A stretch of DNA of 64,000 nucleotides, taken from Lingula anatina. Its lineage: Eukaryota; Animalia; Brachiopoda. The DNA lies in NCBI GenBank assembly GCA_051362555.1, contig CM120645.1, positions 124,001 to 188,000 of the forward strand, given 5' to 3'. Positions 41,001 to 53,600 of this stretch are shown here, one piece after another. The notes below the pieces were generated by a model. It was given only the letters and a program-made list of their open reading frames with translations. It made no database searches and was not told where the DNA came from. How positions within the stretch are numbered: the first letter of the stretch is position 1; each line of letters begins with the position of its first letter. The translations under genes and the position numbers were made by a program.

Positions 41001-44000
41001 AGTGCGACTCTTCTCCAACATGTACATCACATTCTTCCACTGCCACAGTCCAGGTGGATATAGGAGATATTAATGATAATTCACCCAAGTTTGACCAAGA
41101 TGAATACACTGTCTACGTTGATGAGGGTTGGAACGGCACATTTGCTCAGGTCAAGGCCACAGATCCTGATGCAAAAGAAAATGGCACCGTTACTTACTAC
41201 TTGAGCGAGCCAGACAAACAAGCATTTGAAATAGACTCCACATCAGGAAATATAACAATGCGGCACCCTTTTGACTATGATGAGAATCATGCTCTAGATA
41301 TAAGTTTCAAAGTTTATGCTAGAGATAACGGCAAAGATGCTTGCAATACTAGTGCAAAGGTCAAGGTCATCATTAAGGACATCAACGACAACCCACCTGA
41401 GTTTTTGATTTCAGACATAAGTCTAGCATTACAAAATGGGCTAGTCATTCCCATGGTGGCCCTTGATAAAGATTCTGGAGAGAATGGAAATATTACATAT
41501 TCTCTTCCAAGTAACCCGTGCAACATGTCATCTCATGGTACTGATAATCCCTGTAGAGAGTGCTTTGACATTTCAAACACTGCCCTATTATCAGTCAAAG
41601 ATACATGTATAAAATCCAAAGAAAAATGTAAACATTTTGTTCTCACAGTGGAAGCAACTGACAACGGCTCCCCACCTCTTTCTACATGTGCAAACATCAC
41701 ATTTTCAAGTTTAGGTCAAAATGTACCATGCAAATTTGATAACTTGGACTATTACATCAATATAACAGAGGAGCAGCACTACCCCTGGCCAGTGATAAAT
41801 TTAACTTACACCAAATCTAGCGAGGAGAAGAAGTGTAACTTTGATCTGGACTGTGGCTCAGGGTCCAGGTTTATTATTATCAATAAGACAACAGGAGAAA
41901 TCCGTCTCAATGGCACACTGGACAGAGAAGACTATTACAACACAACTGGTAAGATGGATGCCATGCTGTGTAGTGTACGTGTCAGTGCACCTGGAGAGCT
42001 CAGCAGTGTGGCTCAGGTAAATGGTGGTTGTAACTGAGTTATTATTTAACTCCTTTCCTCATTGTGAAGTTTTTTCCTTTTCATTATACCAGTATATTGT
42101 ATCTCATCTTTGAATATTTGTAATTTATACCACCTCACTGACAGTATGATGATGACTTAGTTTTGTTTATGACATTATATGTATTCCTCTTTGTATCATC
42201 CCTTGGTACGAATCTAGTAGTCCCATCTCAGGAAATATTGTAGACATTTTTAAGTTCTTATTGACAGGGACAACACTAAATCACAAAAAAAAATTCAATT
42301 TTATTGCCTCTTGTAAAGTATTTTAACTTATTACTATATTTTAACTTTTGGAATGATTTTTATGTATTACTATTCTTTTCTTTTTTTCTATCCACCATAT
42401 TGTGGTGAATATATAAACAAATGTATAAATAAGGAAATAATTGATCAGTTCAACTCTTAAAAGTGACATTTGCTCCCCACTTCATTCTGTACTGTCACTG
42501 ATATTTTCAGGTACATCTTCATATAAATGACATCAATGACAACACCCCAGTGTTTGACAGTGACAGTGTCTTCTGGTCCAGGAGTGTGAATGAAAGTTAC
42601 ACTGGACATGTAGTGACCCTCACCGCTCATGATGCAGACATTGGAACCAATCAAATCATAAGATATGTTATCAGAGAGCAAGACCCACCAGGTATTAACT
42701 TTCAATGTAATACTGGTAATATCATCTACATATGTACAGCCACAAATCTTAGCTGTACACAGACAAGTCAGGGTCTAGCCCTGTTCTAAAAAAATCCGTA
42801 CTTTATAAGTTTGGAGTCAACATGCAATGACTAGTTTAACAATTTTTCATGTAAAGAATAAATTGCTTTAAATAGTTTCCTCTACAGTCAGATTTGAAAA
42901 TGAATCTCAAGCATAGTAAACATGGCATATACTTACAGGCTATAATGATTTCATTTATTGTTTTCATTCACAAAACATTTATTTATGTTAAATTTCTTGT
43001 TATTGAATTGGATTTCTGCAGGTCACTTCAGCATCAATGCAACCACTGGAGAGATGATGGTCACCAAGTCATTTGATAGAGACACAATGGATGACCCTAA
43101 TGTGAGGATTGTTGTATGGGTAAGTAACAAGATGGAGGTGATTTGTTGTGTTTGATATAGACATATCATGGATGACCCCAATGTGAGGATTGTTGTATGG
43201 GTAAGTAACAAGATGGAAGTGATTTGTTGTGTTTGATATAGACATATCATGGATGACCCCAATGTGAGGATTGTTGTATGGGTAAGTAACAAGATGGAGG
43301 TGATTTGTTGTGTTTGATATAGACATATCATGGATGACCCCAATGTGAGGATTGTTGTATGGGTAAGTAACAAGATGGAGGTGATTTGTTGTGTTTGATA
43401 TAGACATATCATGGATGACCCCAATGTGAGGATTGTTGTATGGGTAAGTAACAAGATGGAAGTGATTTGTTGTGTTTGATATAGACATATCATGGATGAC
43501 CCTAATGTTAAGATTGTTGTATGGGTAAGTAACAAGATGGAAGTGATTTGTTGTGTTTGATATAGACATCATGAAGATCAAAAATGACCTAACATAAATA
43601 AGTGGTCTAGCAATTTCCTCCCCTCACAATGGAGGACAACTCTGCTCACGATAGGAGAACGTGTGAGGGGAGGCAATTGCATATATTACAACTTACTTGG
43701 CTGTCAGTTCTGAAATGGTCTTACTCATTGTTTAAGACCATGTTAGATTATTTGTGTTCTTAAATTTCACTTTCAGACCAAATCAAGAGCACTAGTGGGA
43801 GCAGCAGTAAAGATATAACTGTAGAAATCCTGGACATGAATTAGTTATTTTAATATTCATATATATTATCTATTAAGGCAGTTGATGGTGGAGAGAGGAG
43901 TAGTAGTAAATCCTGGACATGAATTAGTTATTTTAATATTCATATATATTATCTATTAAGGCAGTTGATGGTGGAGAGAGGAGTAGTAGTACAAATATAA

Positions 44001-47000
44001 CTGTAGAAATCATGGACATCAATGACATAGCTCCTGTGATCTTCTGTGCCAGCTGTAATGGATCCCACATTGAACTGAAGGAGAATACAACAAATGAAGG
44101 CATTGTAAGTAACATATGGATCTTTATAGGAGGGGGGGGCATTCAAACTTTTCTTTATTTTTATAAAATACATGTACTTGTAATATGTCGTTTACTATTT
44201 GTTCATTTAATGTCACTTTCATACTTGAAATTTTAATTGATTATCTTTATTTGACCACTATGTGTGTTTCATCCCATATTATGTTATCTGAGGCATTTGA
44301 TTATTACCTTTTTTTAAGAAAGAAAGTCATATACTTGTGCTGGTTTGTTTTTATAAATTATTTTAATACATGTTTTTGGGAGCTTTTTATTCTGAACTGC
44401 AGTTTTAAATTAAATTATATTTTGCATATAATAATTGTTATTATTATTGTTGTTGTTGTTGTTGTTCATTTTATTGTAGCTCCTGGTTGTTAACAGCACT
44501 GACAATGACATTACTCCAGGGAAGGTGACATATTCTCTGGATACACTTAGTATAACAAGGGGGTTTGTTATTGATGGTAAATATACAAGTTATCTTCTCA
44601 TAGCTGCTGGGAGGAAGATGAAGAATGGAGATGGTTCTCGTGTTTACTGGTTAATTGTAAAGAGTATTGTAGAATGTCATATCAAAAAGTGCCACTAATT
44701 TTAAAATGCATATATACGATATGAGTGAATACATGTTGGTGATGAGAAAATTAGCACAAATTAAAGCAACATGTTTTTAACAGGGAATTCACTGAAGTTC
44801 AAACATTTTAATTTTTATTAGATGAAGGTCAAACTGAAACATCTAAGATTAACAGCATTCTTCACATTTACAACTTCAGATGTCACAGGAGAAATTCGAG
44901 TGACAAACAACACATTTGACTATGAAGACGAAGCTGATCACTATTTTAATGTCACAGTTTATGCAAATGATGGCACAAATGTCAGCCAAATGAAGCTTAC
45001 TTTGAGCCTGGTGGATATCAATGATAACGCACCTGTCTTTGACCAGAGACGCTATGAGTTTACTGTGCCTGCAGCGGCTAAGGCTGGCTACACAATAAAC
45101 AATGTAACAGCAGTGGATGCTGACAGCCAGTCTTATATCACATACAGTATATCAGATACAGGTCAGTCTTATGTCACATACAGTATATCAGATACAGGTC
45201 AGTCTTATATCACATACAGTATATCAGATACAGGTCAGTCTTATATCACATACAGTATATCAGATACAGGTCAGTCTTATATCACATACAGTATATCAGA
45301 TACAGGCAAGTCTTATATCACATACAGTATATCAGATACAGGCAAGTCTTATATCACATACAGTATATCAGATACAGGTCAGTCTTATATCACATACAGT
45401 ATATCAGATACAGGTCAGTCTTATATCACATACAGTATATCACATACAGGTCAGTCTTATATCACATACAGTATATCACATACAGGTCAGTCTTATATCA
45501 CATACAGTATATCAGATACAGGTCAGTCTTATATCACATACAGTATATCACATACAGGTCAGTCTTATATCACATACAGTATATCAGATACAGGTCAGTC
45601 TTATTTCACATACAGTATATCAGATACAGGTCAGTCTTATATCACATACAGTATATCAGATACAGGTCAGTCTTATATCACATACAGTATATCCGATACA
45701 GGCAAGTCTTATATCACATACAGTATATCAGATACAGGTCAGTCTTATATCACATACAGTATATCCGATACAGGCAAGTCTTATATCACATACAGTATAT
45801 CAGATACAGGTCAGTCTTATATCACATACAGTATATCAGATACAGGTCAGTCTTATATCACATACAGTATATCAGATACAGGTCAGTCTTATATCACATA
45901 CAGTATATCAGATACAGGCAAGTCTTATATCACATACAGTATATCAGATACAGGTCCATCTTATATCACATACAGTATATCAGATACAGGTCAGTCTTAT
46001 ATCACATACAGTATATCAGATACAGGTCAGTCTTATATCACATACAGTATATCAGATACAGGCAAGTCTTATATCACATACAGTATATCAGATACAGGTC
46101 AGTCTTATATCACATACAGTATATCAGATACAGGCAAGTCTTATATCACATACAGTATATCAGATACAGGTCAGTCTTATGTCACATACAGTGTATCAGA
46201 TACAGGCAAGTCTTATATCACATACAGTATATCAGATACAGGTCAGTCTTATGACACATACAGTATATCAGATAGAGGCAAGTCTTATATCACATACAGT
46301 ATATCAGATACAAGTCAGTCTTATATCACATACAGTATATCAGATACAGGTCAGTCTTATATCACATACAGTATATCAGATACAGGCAAGTCTTATGTCA
46401 CATACAGTATATCAGATACAGGCAAGTCTTATATCACATACAGTATATCAGATAGAGGCAAGTCTTATATCACATACAGTATATCAGATACAGGCAAGTC
46501 TTATATCACATACAGTATATCAGATACAGGTCAGTCTTATATCACATACAGTATATCAGATACAGGTCAGTCTTATATCACATACAGTATATCAGATACA
46601 GGCAAGTCTTATATCACATACAGTATATCAGAGACAGGTCAGTCTTATGACACATACAGTATATCAGATAGAGGCAAGTCTTATATCACATACAGTATAT
46701 CAGATACAGGTCAGTCTTATATCACATACAGTATATCAGATACAGGTCAGTCTTATATCACATACATACCACGGGGCTGATATCTAAACAAAATGATTGC
46801 AGAGACCGATATAATGAATGAGACGGAGTGACTGCCACGTGCGAAAGATGGGCAGGAAATCAGCCAACTACTCGCAGAAAACCACTGACCCATGTCCCTG
46901 TCAGTACACACGCAACCACAAACCATTCAAGTAAATGAAAATGATTGGACGGTGACTATAATTAGTCAGTATACGCGGGGAAAGTCCATTCTTTGATATC

Positions 47001-50000
47001 ACCCCATGCGCGGTGATATCAGCGTGTTCTATTCAAAGTTAGGGGGGTTGGGTGGGGAACACGCACGATTTCCCTTTGTATGTATGACAAATAATGCACT
47101 GTTACCCCCTCGCCCGATATACACGATAGCATGCCTCGCTGGAGCTCGGCCTGCTATCGTGATATCGGGCTCGTGGACAGTGCATTATTTACTACATACA
47201 GTATATCAGATACAGGTCAGTCTTATATCACATACAGTATATCAGATACAGGCAAGTCTTATATCACATACAGTATATCAGATACAGGTCAGTCTTATGA
47301 CACATACAGTATATCACATACAGGCAAGTCTTATATCACATACAGTATATCAGATACAGGCAAGTTTTATATCACATACAGTATATCAGATACAGGCAAG
47401 TCTTATGTCACATACAGTATATCAGATACAGGCAAGTCTTATATCACATACAGTATATCAGATACAGACAAGATATCAGTATGAGTTTACAGATGGCAGC
47501 TAATTCCTGACTGCTTATTTGTATTTTTTATGATATTATAATTGTTTCAGACAATTTTGTATACAGACAAATTTTTAGATGTTGATTTTTCAAACATTTT
47601 AGAAAGATTACATCCACATTTGAGAAGATCAGGCAGATAAATTTTCAATAGATCTCAGAAAATGTTAAGTCCAAAACCAATAAACATTGGTCACAATTGT
47701 GAGAAAAAGAGTTTAAACCTTTCAAACATAATACTGCATTTGATATCACACTAGATGTTGGAATATATTGAAATTGTTCACTTCCAGCCTCCTTTGCCAT
47801 CAATTCCTCCACTGGTTTTATCACCAGAGCAGGGACAAATTGCATCAGTGGTAACAACACTTTCAATGTCTCTGCTACAGATGGAACATATACATCTGTG
47901 GCTGAAGTAAGTAATTTTTAATGGAATTTTGTACATTTTCCCTTTCTTTTGTTAAAAGCTGACTGGTTGTTACTGTCTAGTGTATACATGTATTTTGTAT
48001 ATTTGTCACACATGTAGGATGCTTTGGTCTGTAATGGATACATAAAAAATTCTTCAGTTGAGATATTTGGGTTTGTTTTAGCTTTAATTTTAAGATAAAC
48101 ATCCTGCACATTGTCTGGCAGTTGGATATACCATGACATGACTTGGTGAATTATTTCAATATTGCCATATTGCAATGATCAAACTCCTCTTTACTCTATA
48201 CTTTTATATTTTTCTTTTGATAAGATGCTGAACACATCAGTTAATTTCTTTGTATGATATTTATGTATCCAACCATGACTATTTCTAGGTTGTGATTACG
48301 GTGACCTCAGAAAACACATATCCTCCTGTATTTAACCAGTCAGTTTACAGCTTCACATTGGACAGAATACAAGTGCACAACCATTTTGCTAGTTTAGTAG
48401 AATCAGATTTGGTAGTCATGGCAACAGATGATGATTACCTGGACAACTGTGCCACTCATGTAGATAATAGCAATGGAAAAGTGACTTATTCATTTCAAGA
48501 TAATCATGGTCAGTGATACAAGAAATGCCTGAGTTGCCTTTGAGGATATTTACTTTTCTGTGATGATATTTACTGTTCTGGAACTTATGTGAAATATGTT
48601 ATCAATTAAAACAGTGAAATTTTGAATAGTAATCATTACAATTAGCACACTGAAATATAACAAACCTATTTAGAAAAACAAAAACTTTTATTAATGTAAA
48701 ACTTCAATATTAGACAAAAGGTAATACATCAATTACCATATTTGCTCACATTTTCAGATTTTTTTCAATAGAGTAATCATGTATACATTTTTCATTTCAG
48801 ATATGTTTATTTTTTCAAGTAATGAAGTTGGGGTTATTGGAATTCTTAGAAGTGACTTTCTGAAATATGGCAATCCTAGGGTAGCACTGAAAGTTCTTGC
48901 TACTGACAATGGAAGAAACAGAAAGCAGGGAGAGGCCACTGTAGTCATAAAAATTAACAACCAGAAACCAGTTTTCAGCGCCAGCTACCTACGGGTGAAT
49001 TTGTCAGCAAATGCAGTGAGTAACTAAAATTAGCTTGCACATGTAAATATTATTAATAACCAGCAATCTGCACAGTATGTATGTGGATATTATCTTGATT
49101 ATCTCATAGTCCAAGCACGAGACTATGCAGTATAATGTGTAGTTGAATTTTGAACTATTTACATTGAATAAAAAAGTAGAATTCACAAAAATTGTCTGCT
49201 ATTTATGTAGGTTATCTAGATAACAATATACCTAGCATTTGTTTTTCTTAATTTTGCATCATTATTGTACGCCTAAAAACAAAAATATTTGTCCTGTGAC
49301 TTATAAAATTAATTATTATCGAGTTTCATTTGCTACAGATGTATCAGTCAATTGCAAGTAGATCAAAATAAAACTTAGCTGTCCATCCTCATTAATAAGG
49401 GTGTAAGTGGCTAGTAATATTGTAACAATGTATCAAAAACTGTAAACTTAATTCTCTGTGTTATCAGGCTGTCCACACCACAGTGGCAGTGATAGAGGCC
49501 GAGGACAGTGATGAGAATTCTACCACACTCTACAGCCTTGTGGAGGGAGATAGCAAACATTTTCAACTCAAGAACTACACTGGTATTTTACAGTTGATGG
49601 AGAAACTGGTTCTGCAAAATGAAGACTACAATTACACTGTAAGGCCCCATTTAGAATAGGGGACTAACTAGTCTGAGGGTCAAATATGGTGTCCCACTAC
49701 AAAGCTTGCCATCTAATCTGCTAATAGACACTGAAAAGATATCCCATGGGGAAGTATTCAAGTGGGCAAGCCATATTTGACCCTCAAACTAGTTAGTCTC
49801 CTCATTCTAAAAAGGCACTTAGAAGATAGATTGATTCGCTATTCACTGGAAACTTGTCCTTGATTTAATGCTGTGACTGAAACCATCCATAGATAACAAA
49901 TGTAATAAATTCCAGGTAAAAATAAGAGCCACAGACCCTGTGTTGAAGGAGGCTGGACTACCTGATGAATACTGCAGCAGTGACCTTGACCTGATTATCA

Positions 50001-50627
50001 CAGTGGTGCAACCAAACAAAAACCTCTACTCACCAATATTCCAAAGTAAGTGTTACAATGAACGTGACATTTTCAGGTATTTAAGTTTCAACAGTTTTAT
50101 TTCAGGAAACTCTTTTTGAAGAATCATGTTAAAATATAAGGTGATTGTCATTATGTTATGTGAAATTTATATTAATAAAAATTGCATTTTTCATCGTGTA
50201 AAGATAGTAAAGAGGTTGCTTCAAATACAATTTAGCTTTTTTGCTGATATTATTATTTTTCATGTTTTTCATGTCCAATTAAAGGAAGTATTTTATTATG
50301 ATTCAGAAATCAATGAGGTGAACATTACCAGCAATGTGAAGGACATAGTTATTCTAAATTTGTGCTATGATGGGACGCTGGGCAGGATCAACGTGACTGC
50401 TACAGATGGTGATGATCCAGGGACACCTGAAGGACAGATGATTTTGGGTTTGGAAAATACTTTCTCATGTTTCAGAACTAGAAGTGAGGCTGGTCAGGAT
50501 AAGAACTCAGATTGGGTTAGTTTTAAGTTAAACCTGTCTATTTTTTTCTTTTTTCGTTGTTACGTTGTATTTATTTATTAGTTTTTAATTTATCTTTAAT
50601 GATTATTATAATCATAAATTTTTGCTT

Positions 50628-50678
<51 letters not shown>

Positions 50679-53600
50679 TTCCTGGTTCTCTCATTTCAAA
50701 TTCATGGTTGTATTATTGCAGTATTATATATTTCACAAGCCCATGCCCTGTTGAGTAATTTTTTAATCTATTTATCTATATATTGACATGAAATTGTTTA
50801 TTAGACATTCCCCAAGTAAATGTGGTACCAATTCCAATTATGTATAGCAATCATAGATTACTCTTATGTGCAGTGTGATCTTGTAGTACTTTAGTGTAGA
50901 TGGCACCACTATCCAATACAGGGGCAATGTCACTGACCTCCCTGTACACTGTACTGTGGTATTGACTGTGAGGGACAATGGAACAGTGAAGTCCATGGAG
51001 AGGTAATACATTTTCTATATAGACATAATAAGATCACCTTGTAAAAAAACCACAAGTTCACTATATAGTAATGTTTTTTTAGGAAGAAATGCTCCTCATT
51101 GGCATAAGTAAGTTTAATATCAAACAAAGGATTACGCAGTTTTGTTACAAAATGTCCTTAATAGTCAGAAATATGTAGTACTAGAAACACTGTCTTAAAG
51201 CAAACATATATTTTTTGTGAATTAAGTATATATAAATTAAATATTTTCAAGATTCAGAATTTTACATGCATTATATTGAAGGTTTATTTTTCTGATACTT
51301 AAGACTTAAGACATCATGCACCTATTTGTATATATACATGTACTAGTAGCAGTTAATGATTTCATCAGTCATATATGTACATGTATTTTACAAAATTTGA
51401 CCGGTAAATCAGTTTATGGTCTGTTTCACTCTGGTTTTTTTTCCAGCCAAAGGACAGTAAGTATACACATCAGATCTCAAGAAGCAGAGTGTGAACTTGA
51501 GAAGAGTTTTCTGGGACTTGTGAAGAATGCCACGTCCTGTTCTGATGCCCAGGATCTGATTGTTGTTGGTGCGTAAAGGGATAGATTTGTGTTTGACACC
51601 ATTCTCATAGACACCATTGCTCTATTGACCCAACTCTGCAGGGATTCTTGCTGAGTGCAATCAGCTTAACAGATTAACGCCCCTCCCCTCCCCCCCCCCC
51701 CCCCCCTGGCATTAAGTAGAATCATAAAAGTTTTAGAATTCAACTTTAACTGGCAATACTGAGATTGGAACTTTAAGTTAAACTACAATATATTAATTAA
51801 ACTGTAATATGTGTGTGTGTTTTATCCTTCGTATTTTCAGAAGTATATATTTTGTGTTGATGCAAGCTTAGTGCATTGATTGTGTTTTGATGTTTTTCAG
51901 TTGGAATCTCAGCCTCTCTAAATGGAGTGTTATTTGTAATGGTGATTGTATTGAGCTTTGTTTGGTAAGTTACACATGGACATATTTAAGATTTATGGCA
52001 TGATTGTTTCAAAACCAAACATTTATATTATTTTTATAACTTAAAAGTTAACATATAAAGCAAGCATGGATTTCAAGTAATGCATATAAACTCAGCTTGT
52101 GCTAGTTACTTATAAAACTAAAATAAAGTTAACATGCCAATTTCAAAAGTCTTGAACAAAATAAGTCTTTTGTTCGGTCAAACAATACTACCAGCTTTAA
52201 AACTGCACCTTCTTAAAATTTTTGGTTGGAAATTGACATACTAGTTCATCCCTCCAGTTCATAAAAGTTCTGTAATAAATGAATGGGGCAGCACGTACAA
52301 TGCATAATCATCACTCACACATGTATGGATGTAGCTACACATGCAATATGGTATACTTATTCTAATGAGACTGCATCTGAAAATGTTTTAAGTGGTAAAA
52401 TTATGTCATTACTGAATTAAGATGGTTTAAGTGGGAACTTTTAATAATAATAATAATAATAATAATAATTTATTAAGCCAATAAAATACAAATGTATAAA
52501 ATCGGGAATCTTTTGCCCTGTAGTAGCGCCATTGAAATATAAAAAAATGAAAATTAAAATTACATGTTAGAGTTAAAAATAGTTACTGCCGAAGGATAAA
52601 AGCTATTTAAAAATCGCTTACTACCCTTAAAAGCTAAGAGTCTCGAATTGCTAGGTAAAAATTTAAAAAGGGTATGGGCTGGATGGTAACTGTCTGTCAT
52701 TATTGATAATGTTTTCTTTTTAGTCCTGTCTAGATATATAGTATGGACGGGAGTTAGATCTGTTCCAATTACAATCCCTGCAGTTTCGACGATCTTTTCC
52801 AACTTGTTCCTCTCCTCCACAGTTGCACGTCCATACCAAACAGTTACTGAATAAGTTAAAATACTCTCTAAAACACACCTGTAAAAGTTCGTTAAAATAA
52901 ACACATTTCTGGTAAAAGCTTTCAATTTCCTTAAGAAATACATTCGTTGACGTGCCTTTTTCAATAGCTTCGTGATGTTATCGCCCCAGGTTAACCTATT
53001 ATTCAGCTGAACCCCTAGTAATTTATAATTAGAAACCTGTTCGACCGCTTTACCGTTAACTTCCAAGGGATTTTTACTTATCTGATTTCTTCTGAAGTCT
53101 ATGATCATTTCTTTTGTTTTGCTCACATTTAATATCAAGTCATTGTCTGTGCACCAATTTACTAAACATTTAGGTCATCACTTTATCTAAAGATGTTTTA
53201 TGTGGGGAAAAATTGTGAAATTGGAAGTTGCTGCAACTTGTAAAATTTCTTTTCTTTACTTTAGGAAACCAAATGTGAAGTGCAAGAAACCAGTTATCAA
53301 ACATGAAGCCACATTTATTCCATCTCACACGAAGGATGAATATGATGTTAATGTAAGGAAAATGTTATATGATTTATAGCCGTTTACATTTTTCTATAAA
53401 TGTGAAATTTCCAACTTACATCAGGCAAACTTAGAGATTCCACCTTTAATATAAATTTTGATTTGTCAATACAAAAAATGTTTTAATGAAGTGTTGAGCT
53501 AATAGTTGGTAATTTCTTTTCAGAGCTTATTTCCAAGTGGTGATTACAGCTACATACGAGAGTGAGTACTTCATTTACAAAACAAGACGTTAAAACAGAT

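Noticed and set aside
45117-46787. 556-aa alternative-frame ORF
   Set aside because: By-product of the 36-bp stop-free repeat; not in frame with the cadherin exon.
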